From NCBI GenBank assembly GCA_013416795.1, contig RQSC01000032.1, forward strand, positions 719,397-783,396: a stretch of 64,000 bases of DNA, in the 5' to 3' direction. Positions 33,147-43,186 of the stretch are shown piece after piece. A program made the position numbers and the translations under genes. This DNA is from Prasinococcaceae sp. CCMP 1430 (taxonomy: Eukaryota > Plantae > Prasinodermophyta). Each line of letters opens with the position of its first letter. Positions within the stretch are counted from its first letter, which is position 1. The notes below the pieces were generated by a model that was not told the DNA's origin, did not search any database, and saw nothing but the letters and a program-made list of their open reading frames with translations.

Positions 33147-33251
33147 TACCCCGGTCTGAGCGTGTCTCCCGGGGGAAAGTGTGCGAAAGACCCGGTATAT
33201 CTCGGCGGATCTCGGTGTTGTGCCCGTATGAGGCGCAATTAGACCGGGGTA
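33147..33251. mobile_element. Candidate 105-bp MITE-like or foldback element with 11-bp perfect inverted ends
   Basis: TACCCCGGTCT (33147-57) / AGACCGGGGTA (33241-51); could be read as a TA duplication plus 9-bp TIR. Confidence 0.35.
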
Positions 33252-33468
33252 TGCCGCGGCCTGGGCGAAAACCCCAGCGCGCGCGCATCGCGCAACCGGC
33301 GGCCGCCGGCCGATGCGGTGGCACAGAGCGTCCGAGGCGTCGACCTCAGCCCGAGGCCCGCCGCCGCCGCCGTCGGACCCCTGATCACCCCCGCTCTCGC
33401 CGCGGCAGACGCGATGGCCGCCGTGAGCTTTGAGCTTGCCGTGAAGCTGCTTGAGCGTCCCGCCCCTG

Positions 33469-35137
33469 ATGGCCGCCTCGGCCTCAGCCGCCGCGCCGCG
33501 CCGCGCCGCCGCGAGGGCTGCCGACGACGACGCGCCCAAGAAGGTGAGCGCGTGCAGCGGGCAGGGGTGGGATGCTGCGAGTTTCGAGTGCATCGGTGCC
33601 GTGCTCCAGGAAGGATGCCGGGCATGGTTGGCGATCGAGGCTTGGGTGGACGCGACGCGCGCGCCATGGGCGCGGGCGCGGGTCCGCCTGCGGCGTTGAC
33701 CACTTTCCCGGGGAGCGGGCGGCGATGTGTGCTTGCTGCGCTCCTTCTGTACACCTCCGCCTGCCCCCGCGCTGACTCCGCACAATTCGATGCTCGCCTT
33801 TCGCGCTCGTGACTATCGACTGCCTCCCGATCAGGTTGTGCTCGCGTACAGCGGTGGCCTCGACACCTCCATCATCCTCAAGTGGCTCCAGGAGACGTAC
33901 GGCTGCGAGGTGGTGACGTTCACCGCCGATCTCGGCCAGGGCGAGGAGCTCGAGCCCGCGCGGAAGAAGGCCGAGGACATGGGCGTGAAGGAGATTTACA
34001 TCGACGACCTGCGCGAGGAGTTCGTGCGCGATTACGTCTTCCCCATGTTCCGCGCCAACGCGCTCTATGAGGGCACCTACCTGCTTGGCACGTCGATCGC
34101 GCGCCCGCTGATCGCCAAGCGCCAGATCGAGATCGCGAAGGAGACTGGCGCCGATGCTGTGTGCCACGGCGCCACCGGCAAGGGCAATGACCAGGTGCGC
34201 TTCGAGCTGGGCTACTACGGCCTCAAGCCGGACGTCAAGGTTATCGCGCCGTGGCGCGACTGGGAGCTCAACTCGCGCACGTCGCTCATCGACTACGCGG
34301 AGGCGCGCGGCATCCCCGTCGCGGCGGGCAAGCGCGACGAGCCCCCCTATTCGATGGACGCGAACCTGCTGCACATCTCGTACGAGGGCAACGCCCTTGA
34401 GGACCCGTGGGTTGAGGCCCAGGAGTCCATGGTGAGTGGGCCTGCGCCGCTGAACGCTCACCGCCGAGCGCGCTGCGCGCGGCGCCTGTGGTGCGCGCCA
34501 CCATCGCGCTGACTCCAGCCGCTCGCCTGCATTGCAGTTCACCCGCTCGGTGTCGCCCGAGCAGGCGCCGGACGAGCCCACCTACTTGGAGATCGAGTTC
34601 GAGGCGGGCGACCCCGTCGCGATCGATGGCGAGCGCATGTCCCCCGCCGAGCTGCTCACTGCGCTCAACAAGGCCGGTGGCGACAACGGCATCGGCCGCA
34701 TCGACATCGTCGAGAGCCGCTTCGTGGGCATGAAGAGCCGCGGCGTGTACGAGACACCCGGTGGCACCATTCTGCTCGAGGCGCGCCGCGCGATGGAGTC
34801 GATCACCCTCGACCGCGGCCAGGCGCATCTCAAGGACGAGCTGATGCCCAAGTACGCCGAGCTGATCTACAACGGCTTCTGGTTCTCGCCTGAGCGCGAG
34901 ATGCTGCAGGCGGCCATCGACGAGTGCTCCAAGCACGTCACCGGCACCGTGCGCGTCAAGCTCTACAAGGGCAACACTATCGTGGTGGGCCGCAAGTCCG
35001 ACTACTCGCTCTACAACGCCACCATCGCCTCGTTCGAGGACGACCAGGGCGCCTATGATCAGGCTGACGCGGCGGGCTTCATCAAGCTCCAGGCTCTGCG
35101 CCTGAGGACGCTCGCGAGCAATGACAAGAGGAACTGA
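33469..35137 (+). CDS. ASS1: Argininosuccinate synthase (exons 33469-33543, 33835-34431, 34538-35137)
   Basis: KK|[55 protein letters not shown]; short Ala/Arg-rich transit-like N-terminus; start uncertain. Confidence 0.95.
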
Positions 35138-35287
35138 GGTTCTCGGCACGTTGGCGCGCGGTAAATATCATAATTGTAGTGCATCATCGCGTCACCGCCG
35201 GGTCGCCGCGCAGGTGGCAAGCGAGCGGCGACAGGCGGACGGTGAGAAGGGCGTATGTTACGTGTCCCCCCGGAACGGATGACGCAA

Positions 35288-36813
35288 TCACTGCGGGACA
35301 GCGCGCAATCGGGCGCGCGGGCGCGCGCGCGGGGGGGGGGGGCTGGGTTAGTCTCGCGATCACATGGGCGAGCGACGAGCGCCATCGCATTGTCGATGTG
35401 CGCACGCGCAGGCGAGCCGCGCGGCCGCAACGCACTTGATAGAACTCGAACTTTTCGGCGTCCTTCTTGCACTGGGCCTTGTATCCGTTCTCGAAGTCCT
35501 CCGGGAGGACCACGTATCTGTTCTTGCGCACCGCTGCGAGGCCCGCCGCCTGGCAGATAGCGGCGATGTCGGCGGCGCTCAGCTTGTCTGGACGCGACAC
35601 GTAATCCTCGAGGTCGACCTCGTCGCTGAGGTTCATCTTGGCGGTACACACCTGGAAGATCAGACGCTTCTGGCGGCGGTCCGGCGTGGGGAACTCGATC
35701 TTGCGGTCGAGGCGGCCTGGACGCAGCAGCGCTGGGTCCAGCGTGTCGGCACGGTTCGTCGCCATAATCACCTGAAAGTATCACGAGGAATTCGGGAAAG
35801 TGTGTGTGTGTGTTTGGGGGGGGGGGGGGGGCGGGTCAGCGCGCGGGGATGCTGGGCGGGGCCTGACGCAGGAATCGGCGGCAACGCGCTGACACCGCTC
35901 TTGCAGCTTGCGGACGCACCTTCACATTCACCGTCTGGTCGAAGCCGTCCATCTGGTTCAGCAGCTCCATGAGGATACGCTGCACCTCACGGTCGGCTCC
36001 AGTCTGTGCGTCGAAGCGCGCGGTAGCGATGGCATCCACCTCATCCACGAAGATGATCGCCGGCGCGTTCTCCTTGGCGAGCCTGAACACATCGCGCACC
36101 ATTCGCGGCCCCTCGCCAAGGTACTTCTGCACGAACTCCGAGCCCACCACGCGAATGAAAGCGGCGGTGGTGTGGTGTGCGACGGCCTTGGCGAGCATTG
36201 TCTTCCCCGTGCCGGGCGGTCCGTAGAGCAGCACGCCGCGCGGCGGGTCGATGCCGACCTGCCTGTAGAGATCGCTATTGGTGAGCGGCAGCTCGACGGC
36301 CTCTTTGATCTCCTGCTTCTGGATGTCCATGCCGCCGATGTCCGAGTACGAGACGTCAGGACGCTCGTGCGCGGCCATGAGCGAGATGCTCGAATCGGCC
36401 TCGGGCGGCAGCACGTCCACCAGTGCATTTGAGTGCCTGTGCAGCGCGACGCTCGCGCTCGGTTTGAGCAGCTCGCGGTTGATGGTCGACAGGATGCGCA
36501 CGTAATAGTTCGACCCGGTCGTCGAGCCGACGATGCCGTTGTCCGAGTCAACGAGCTCCAGGAACTGGCCGATGACCAGCGGCACGCTCTGGATGCGCTT
36601 CACCTCCTCGCGCGCGCGCAGCAGCTCGCGCTGCAGGTTCTTTTGCTCGTCCTTGATGTACTCCTCCTGAATGTCGAGGAACTCGAGCGCCTTCTGCAGC
36701 GTCTTGAGCCGTGTGTACAGGTCCGCCTCGGACTCGCCCGCCGCGCCCGCGTCTCGCGCGGTCTCCACGTCCATCTTCTCGGCGCTGGGCGCAACCACCG
36801 CGGCCGACGCCAT
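35288..36813 (-). CDS. RPT3: 26S proteasome AAA-ATPase RPT3/PSMC4 (introns 35919-35772, 35435-35291)
   Basis: [73 protein letters not shown]. Confidence 0.97.
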
Positions 36814-37590
36814 CCCCAGCGCCCACGCCCGCCCTCACACCCCCTACCTGGCCACCCGCGCACTCGCGTCCCGACCCCTCAGCGCCCTCCGCTCCGCGCT
36901 GCGAGCACGGCGCGATCGCACGCGGCGCGGGCGCGCGACGACGGCGGCGGCGGCCCCCGCCTCCACGGCGGCCGCGGCGTCGGCATGGAGCGGGAATGCT
37001 GGCGCAAAAAAAAAAAAAAAAAGGCCTCACGCCAGGCGAGGTCCGGTCTGCGGGCAGCCGGGCGTGCGAGGCACGAGTCTCCTGTTTCGCGGAACGCGCA
37101 TTCGCGCGCGCGCCTTCCGCAAAACGGCGCCGTTGCGGATCCAGGCCGGGCTTTGCTTTGATGGGGGCCGTCGGCGTCGCTGCGGGGCGCTTTCGTGGGG
37201 CGGCGATTGCGATACCAGGTAGGGCCGTTGAGTTCCCCCGGCCGGCGCCGCAAGCGGCGCGGGGGAACGCTGCGGGGGGGGGCCTCGCGCAAGGGGGGTG
37301 CGGTGAGTTCCGAGGCATCCTCGAGGTCGGCGCGAATGGCGTCGAATACGGGCGGCCGCGGGGCGGGCGCACGAGCGCGCCGGCGGGCCCGCATGGCCTG
37401 CCGTGGGCGGCAGCAGGTTTGGCTGTGAGGGCGAGGGGGGGGGAAGGGGGGGCGCCACAGCACGTGCCAGAGCGCTCGCTCTGCACCCGTGCCGCGTGGG
37501 CATCGTGAGCCAGACTGCAAACGCAAGACGGCCTCCTAGGCGGGTTCGGGGGCGCGGCGCATCGCGCAATCGCACCCCCGGCCCGCGGCG

Positions 37591-38928
37591 ATGGCTGAGG
37601 GGGGCAGGAAAGGAGCAACCATAGTTCCGGTAGGCGTGCCCGCGGCCCCTGCACCCGCGCCTCCGCCCAAAAGCATCGGCCGCGGCGGCTCGGGCTCGCT
37701 CTACTCGGTGTTGCCCTCCGAGTGGAAGGGCTCTGATTCGCCAGGGCCGGGCGTGTATGCCGACGGAGCGCAGGTGGGTTCGACATTCTCACTCTGGCAG
37801 CGCTCCAGCGTCGGGAAGAAGAGGTTCCTCGGGACGCGCGGGGAGCCCGGCGCACGCGGTGGGGCAGTGGGCGCCAGCGTTGGAGAGGCCGCGGCGGCCG
37901 CGCGCGCGACGCGAAAGTCGAAGCTGCCGCAAGGCGTCTCGCGCTCAGTCAGTCCGAGTCACAAGGTTCCGCGCGCCTTCTCCTTCGAAGGCCGCCCGGA
38001 AGAGCCTGCTTATATCGCGGGGTTGGGCACAGCGCGCCACGTTCCAGGCCCGTTTGACTACAAGCCAGCCCGTGGGCTCAGCAAAGGCCCTAGGGCCTCT
38101 TTCGGGCGCGATTTGCGCTTCTGGGAGCACCCACTGTTGAACCGTGCGGACGCGGTGGTGGCGCAGGCCAGCAAGGCGAAAAGCGCGCCGACGGCGGCGC
38201 AAGTGGCGGGCGCACAGGGGTATGGGGCTGGCGGGGGGAACAGCAGCAGCGATGGCTTGAGCGCCGACGGGCTGCCAACGCTGGGATTGCGATCACTGAC
38301 CGGCCCCCGGAACTCGCGCGAGTCAATGTGGGCTGACTGCAAGAGTCAGTCGCACGCTGCGCGTGTGTGGCACCAGCCGCTGAGCTCGCTCCAGAGCCCT
38401 GCATGGGACGCATTCAGACGCGCGGCGAGCCCGCCCACGCGCCTGCGAGTGGAAGGTCTCATTCAGGACAAAACGCGCGCCTCCGAAGCTATGCACCGAC
38501 GATACCTCTCTGAGCGAGAGCGTTTCCATGCGCGGCAGCGCAAGAACCGCGCAACGCAGAAGGCATCTGGCCAGGCGTCTCCCGAGACATTGCGCCGCCG
38601 CGCATCCAGAAAGGAGGCCGCCTTGCAGGAGCGGGCCATGGTGTCGTTCATGCCGGGGCTGAAGGCCAAGGCCGAGGCAGAGGCTGAGGCGATTGCCACG
38701 CAGCTCTATGAGCTCGACGCCTTCGAGGACCACCTGAAGGCATTACGCCAGCAAGGCACGCTCGAGGAGAGGCTCGTGCGGGAGCTCGAGAAGTTGGAGC
38801 GCATGCGAAACGTGATGAGCTGGCGACGATTCTTCAAAAAGATTGTGAAGACACCTGCATTCGCGGCCGTCGCCATAGAGGACTTCGGCGAGGACGTGGA
38901 GGAGGACGAGGGCGACGGCAACGCATAG
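37591..38928 (+). CDS. Hypothetical protein with STPG/SHIPPO-like PGP motifs and a basic coiled-coil C-terminus
   Basis: DSPGPGVY and HVPGPFDYKP..SKGPRASFG resemble ODF3/STPG repeats; long single ORF. Confidence 0.55.
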   Translation: MAEGGRKGATIVPVGVPAAPAPAPPPKSIGRGGSGSLYSVLPSEWKGSDSPGPGVYADGAQVGSTFSLWQRSSVGKKRFLGTRGEPGARGGAVGASVGEAAAAARATRKSKLPQGVSRSVSPSHKVPRAFSFEGRPEEPAYIAGLGTARHVPGPFDYKPARGLSKGPRASFGRDLRFWEHPLLNRADAVVAQASKAKSAPTAAQVAGAQGYGAGGGNSSSDGLSADGLPTLGLRSLTGPRNSRESMWADCKSQSHAARVWHQPLSSLQSPAWDAFRRAASPPTRLRVEGLIQDKTRASEAMHRRYLSERERFHARQRKNRATQKASGQASPETLRRRASRKEAALQERAMVSFMPGLKAKAEAEAEAIATQLYELDAFEDHLKALRQQGTLEERLVRELEKLERMRNVMSWRRFFKKIVKTPAFAAVAIEDFGEDVEEDEGDGNA

Positions 38929-39059
38929 GCGAAGCCAAGCAAATTGTACTTTAGAAGTTAATTATTATTACTGTAGGATGTGTAGTGCACCGGACCTCGG
39001 CGGCGCCCAGCGACAATACCGTGCGGGGCGGCAACCCGGCGCAGCCTGCGCTGGCGATG

Positions 39060-40241
39060 CTATGTCTGCTGGGCGTCGACGTCGCTCTCGGGCCGCATGG
39101 ATAGGGTCTTGAGCGCCTCGTAGGTCACGACCATGCACGTACCCCACGCACAGACGTTGGCCGTCCGCGGCACGATTCCGCGAGTGAAGCCCGCGACGCC
39201 TTCGGCGCGCCACAGATCGGACGCCACGCTGCGTATGGTCATTCGCTTGCCGCCGCCTCCACTTTCGCTGCCCCCACTGTCCTGGAGCACCTGCAGGCGC
39301 GTCTTGATAACGTCCAGCGGGTTGGTCAGCGTGCCGCTCGTCAGGCCTGCGCAAAACCCTGCTGCCGCCTGCACGCCCAGGCCCTCGTAGTATGTCAGGT
39401 GCGCAGCCGCCTGCCGTCCGCAATCTGCCACGCCAGGCGCGTGTCCTTGCCCATCCGCAGCGCTGCTGGCTACGGCGCCGTGCACGCCCTCGCATTGCCC
39501 TTGCGCGCGTGCAGTGGCATCCCTGCCCGCGCACGCGTCGCCGCCACCGACGGCGCGCTTTCCGCCGCGCACGCTCAGCAGGGTCTCCTCGAAGAGATGC
39601 TTGTACGTGCCGTACGAACCCCACCAGATTGCACTCGACGGCGCGTACGTGGCCACAGACATGGTGAAGCCCTTGTAAAGCCCACGCACACCCTCAGCAG
39701 CGACGATCTGCCTGATGGCATCGACGGGTCCACGGTAGTACGCCACGCTGCCTGAGGAGGCTGCGGAGCCCTGTACCATCATCCTGGAGCTGATGACGTC
39801 CTGCGGCACGACGATGGCCTGAGTCGCCAGCGACGCAGCAAGCCCTCCGCCTGACGACGACACGGCCGCGACCTGCGCGGGGGAGAGCTCGAGCGGCTGC
39901 GCAGCCCTCCCGACACCGGCCTTGGCCGCCTCGAGCACGCTGAGGTACACAATGCGCGCTGGCAGCGCCGCGCCCAGCACCGTCGTGATTCCGCGGTACA
40001 GCCCCCCCACGCCCTCGCTCCTCACCACGTGCCGGAACGTGTGCGCCATCTGCACGATTGGATTGCTCGACCCGCGCGCACCCGCCCCGCCACGCGCCGC
40101 CTCGACCTGCATGCGCGTCTTTACGACCGACATGGGGAAGAGCAGGCAGGTGAGCCCGCTGAACGCCACCGTGCCGTACCCGAAGAACTTGAGCTTGTTC
40201 ATGCGGTCCCAATCGCTCTCGGAGAGCTGCGGCGACGCCAT
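39060..40241 (-). CDS. Mitochondrial carrier (SLC25A44-like)
   Basis: Three carrier signatures FPMSVVKTRMQ, VPQDVISSRMM, NPLDVIKTRLQ; GLYRG/GLYKG; DWDRMNKLKFF. Confidence 0.92.
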   Translation of the reverse strand: MASPQLSESDWDRMNKLKFFGYGTVAFSGLTCLLFPMSVVKTRMQVEAARGGAGARGSSNPIVQMAHTFRHVVRSEGVGGLYRGITTVLGAALPARIVYLSVLEAAKAGVGRAAQPLELSPAQVAAVSSSGGGLAASLATQAIVVPQDVISSRMMVQGSAASSGSVAYYRGPVDAIRQIVAAEGVRGLYKGFTMSVATYAPSSAIWWGSYGTYKHLFEETLLSVRGGKRAVGGGDACAGRDATARAQGQCEGVHGAVASSAADGQGHAPGVADCGRQAAAHLTYYEGLGVQAAAGFCAGLTSGTLTNPLDVIKTRLQVLQDSGGSESGGGGKRMTIRSVASDLWRAEGVAGFTRGIVPRTANVCAWGTCMVVTYEALKTLSMRPESDVDAQQT

Positions 40242-40505
40242 CGCTGCGCGCCGCCGGGGCCGCGTGCGCGCGCGCGCGCGGCCCCGGCCCTGGCCCCGTC
40301 GCTGCGTGCAGCGCTGTAGCGTCGGCCGCAACGCCCGTCCTACCAGCCCGCGCCTGCCAACGAGGCCCCGGACGGCCGCCGACACCACAGCGGCGCGCGG
40401 GGGGCGCGCGCGCGCGCTGTGGCTGCGCACCACGCGAGCGCACCCTGCCCGCCAATTTCCGCGTTTGTCTCCGTTCTTCGACGGGCTCGTTGATGCTTTA
40501 CGACG

Positions 40506-41593
40506 ATGGTACAAACGACGCTTCGATATTCACGCCCATTTGGACACGGAAAATTTTCGCGGCGTGCGCGCGGCGCACTCGGCGACTCGCGCCCAAAACC
40601 TCCGCCTCGCGGGGGTGAGGGCCACAGGGGCACTCGGCGGCGGGCGGCGCGCGGATCGGTTGCGCGCCGGGGTGCGGCCCCCCGCCCCGAACCCGAAACA
40701 CGCGCTGCGCGGCCGGGGGTGGGGGCAGCGGCGCGGGCGCGCGGCCGCAGCGGACAGAGGCGGACGCGCTCAGGGAGGTGGTGGACGACAAGGGTGAGTA
40801 CGTGTGGAACAGCGGCTGGGACGACAAGCTGCAGACAGAGCGTGCGGCCGCCAAGCGGCGCGCAGAGCAGGCGGCCGAGGACGAGGAGAACGCGAGGACG
40901 AGGGGCGGCGCACTGCGGCTGTCCAACCTGAGCGTTCTGGACTCAGACGACCTCAGCGAGGAACTGGAGCGCATACGCCTCGAGAAGGAGAGGGAGAAGG
41001 AGGAGGCGGCCTACCACGCGGCGCAGAGGAAGATTGCGAAGGAGCAGGGCCGGGCCTACCAGCCCGCGAGGGACAAGGGCTGGGACAAGTCCAAGAAGTA
41101 CGCCGCCATGTCCACCGCGGAGCTCGTGCAGCAGGCCAAGATGGAAGCCAAGGCGGACGAGGAGCGCCGCATACAGACGCGCGAGGAGGGACAGAGGGAG
41201 TACGAGGACATGAAGATGAGCCTTCAAATCGTCACCGCACTCTCTGGGCTGGCGCTCTTCGGCATCACCTACGAAACCTACGACCACAACGTCGCGTACA
41301 GCTACGGCTTCGGCTCGCTGGGCTCGCTGGTGTACCTCAGCCTCCTCAACAAGAAGGTGGACAGCCTCGCGAGGGACGACGCAGGCGCCGACTCTGCCGC
41401 GCCAACCCTGCTCGTTCCGCTCATCATCTTCATGGCGTACAACCGCTGGAATGTGCTCGCCGCGCCAGTCACTGGCATCTCCCTGCAGCTGCTGCCCATG
41501 CTGCTTGGCTTCTTCACCTACAAGATCGGCACGTTTTACCAGCTCTTCGTGGATGTCGAGCGCGCGAGCAGCAGCGGCGGCTCTTCGGACTGA
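40506..41593 (+). CDS. CGL160: CGL160-like chloroplast ATP-synthase assembly factor (Atp1/UncI-like C-terminal membrane domain); proposed exons 40506-40508 and 40628-41593
   Basis: EYVW..W N-terminal motif, charged linker, REYEDMK, YSYGFGSLGSLVYL, PTLLVP..YNRWN..LQLLPMLLGFFTYK; the ATG-only first exon is inferred. Confidence 0.8.
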
Positions 41594-41678
41594 GCGGGTG
41601 TGTTGGCGCGGGCTGCGGGCTGGCCACGGGCGGTTGCGTGCGTGAAGCCGCGCGATGCATGTGTAATTTTTGGTTACG

Positions 41679-42830
41679 TCACTTGGCGTCGGTGCCATCG
41701 GGAGTCGAGGGGGCGTCTGGTGGGCGCGCCAGCGTTTCCAGCATTGTCGGAAGGTCCGCGGCACGCTCTCCAGGCACGTGCATGGGAAAGTCGCCGTTGT
41801 ACTCGAAGTCTCTCATAGCGACGGCGGCGCCCTTTGGAGTGAGCCGCCAGATGTCACCGTGTCCCCTGTCGATGCCCGCAATCCTCCGAAACGTGCCCTT
41901 GACCGTGCGTTGCGGCTCTACCCCGCCGGCCGAGGCGAGGCGCTTGAGGTGCGAAAGAATGAGGTGCTGCGCCGCGAGTTTGTTGGCAATCGGCATGTCG
42001 CTGTAAACGCTCTCGGTGATGTCCCAAGTGGTCGCGCCGTCCCCCGCCTTGAGGAGCGCGTCCAGGACCATATATTCGCGATACGCGCGGTTCATGAGAT
42101 AGCCATCGACCTCCTCGGGGCCATCCGCGACCTCGTCACCGTGCGAGGGGTACATCCTACCTGCACGCGTCGTGCAGCTCAACATGCGCGCCCTCTCGCA
42201 CTCACGCTTGAGCAGCTTGAGGCTGGCCACGTACTGCGCGAGGTCCTCGAACACAGGCGTGGACCCGCCGAGCACCACGTCGCCCGCAAACAGCGTGCCC
42301 TCCTCCTCGAGCATGTAGCACAGGTGCTCCTGGGTGTGGCCGGGCGCGTGTATAGCCCGCAGCGTTGCGCCCTCGACCGAAACCACGTCGCCGTGCTTGA
42401 GCTCACCGGTGAGCAGCTTGGTCAGCTTGGCGCCATCCGCGGACGGCAGCGGCATCTTGAGCACGCGCTCGACGTCAAACTCGCGCATGACGTCGGCCAC
42501 GCCGCCCACGTGGTCGCTGTGGTGGTGCGTGATCACTATGGCGTGGATGCGCTGCGCGCCGCTACGCAGCATCGCCTCTCGCAGCGCCTCGGTGTACCCG
42601 TCGCAGCCCTCGCCGGCGTCAACGAGGATGCGGTCGTTGCCCGACCCAACAAGGTATGTGTTGGTGCCCTGCAGCGTGTACACGCCCGGGTTTTGTCCCA
42701 GAACGCGCCATACTAGCGGCGACATCTGTGACACGGGCGGCAGCTCAGGGAGGTGCTTCGGGCACGGACCCCCCCGCGCGAGCTCCGGCGATACCAACTT
42801 GATTGCAGACTGCAAGAGGCCCCCCTCCAT
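41679..42830 (-). CDS. LACTB2: LACTB2-like metallo-beta-lactamase endoribonuclease
   Basis: VLGQNPGVYTLQGTNTYLVG, ILVDAGEG, THHHSDH, PGHTQEH, FAGDVVLG, YPSHG; C-terminal winged-helix-like segment. Confidence 0.9.
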   Translation of the reverse strand: MEGGLLQSAIKLVSPELARGGPCPKHLPELPPVSQMSPLVWRVLGQNPGVYTLQGTNTYLVGSGNDRILVDAGEGCDGYTEALREAMLRSGAQRIHAIVITHHHSDHVGGVADVMREFDVERVLKMPLPSADGAKLTKLLTGELKHGDVVSVEGATLRAIHAPGHTQEHLCYMLEEEGTLFAGDVVLGGSTPVFEDLAQYVASLKLLKRECERARMLSCTTRAGRMYPSHGDEVADGPEEVDGYLMNRAYREYMVLDALLKAGDGATTWDITESVYSDMPIANKLAAQHLILSHLKRLASAGGVEPQRTVKGTFRRIAGIDRGHGDIWRLTPKGAAVAMRDFEYNGDFPMHVPGERAADLPTMLETLARPPDAPSTPDGTDAK

Positions 42831-43186
42831 CGCGCCGCGCTGCCTCTAGCGCCAGACAGCGGGGAGCAGCTCGGGCGGCGGCGGCGCGGCGCCCGCGACG
42901 CCCGCGGCAGCGCACCCCGGAGAGGGGCCGGACATGCACAGCGGCCGGCGCGCCGCGCCGCGCACCCGCGGTGTGGCATCCGCGTCGCCGTTTTGTGTTC
43001 GCCGCGCCCGCCCGCCCGGTGGAAGACCAACCAACGCCCGCATGCAAATTTCATTACGTGGTTTCGACGGGTTGCCCAAATAGCGCCTGTGCTGGCGTTC
43101 CGAAGGCGCGGGGCTCCGCCCGAAAATCCAGTCCGTGGCTTTTCCATTTGAGGTTAGGGGTTTGTATTTTGTGTGTGGGAATAGGG

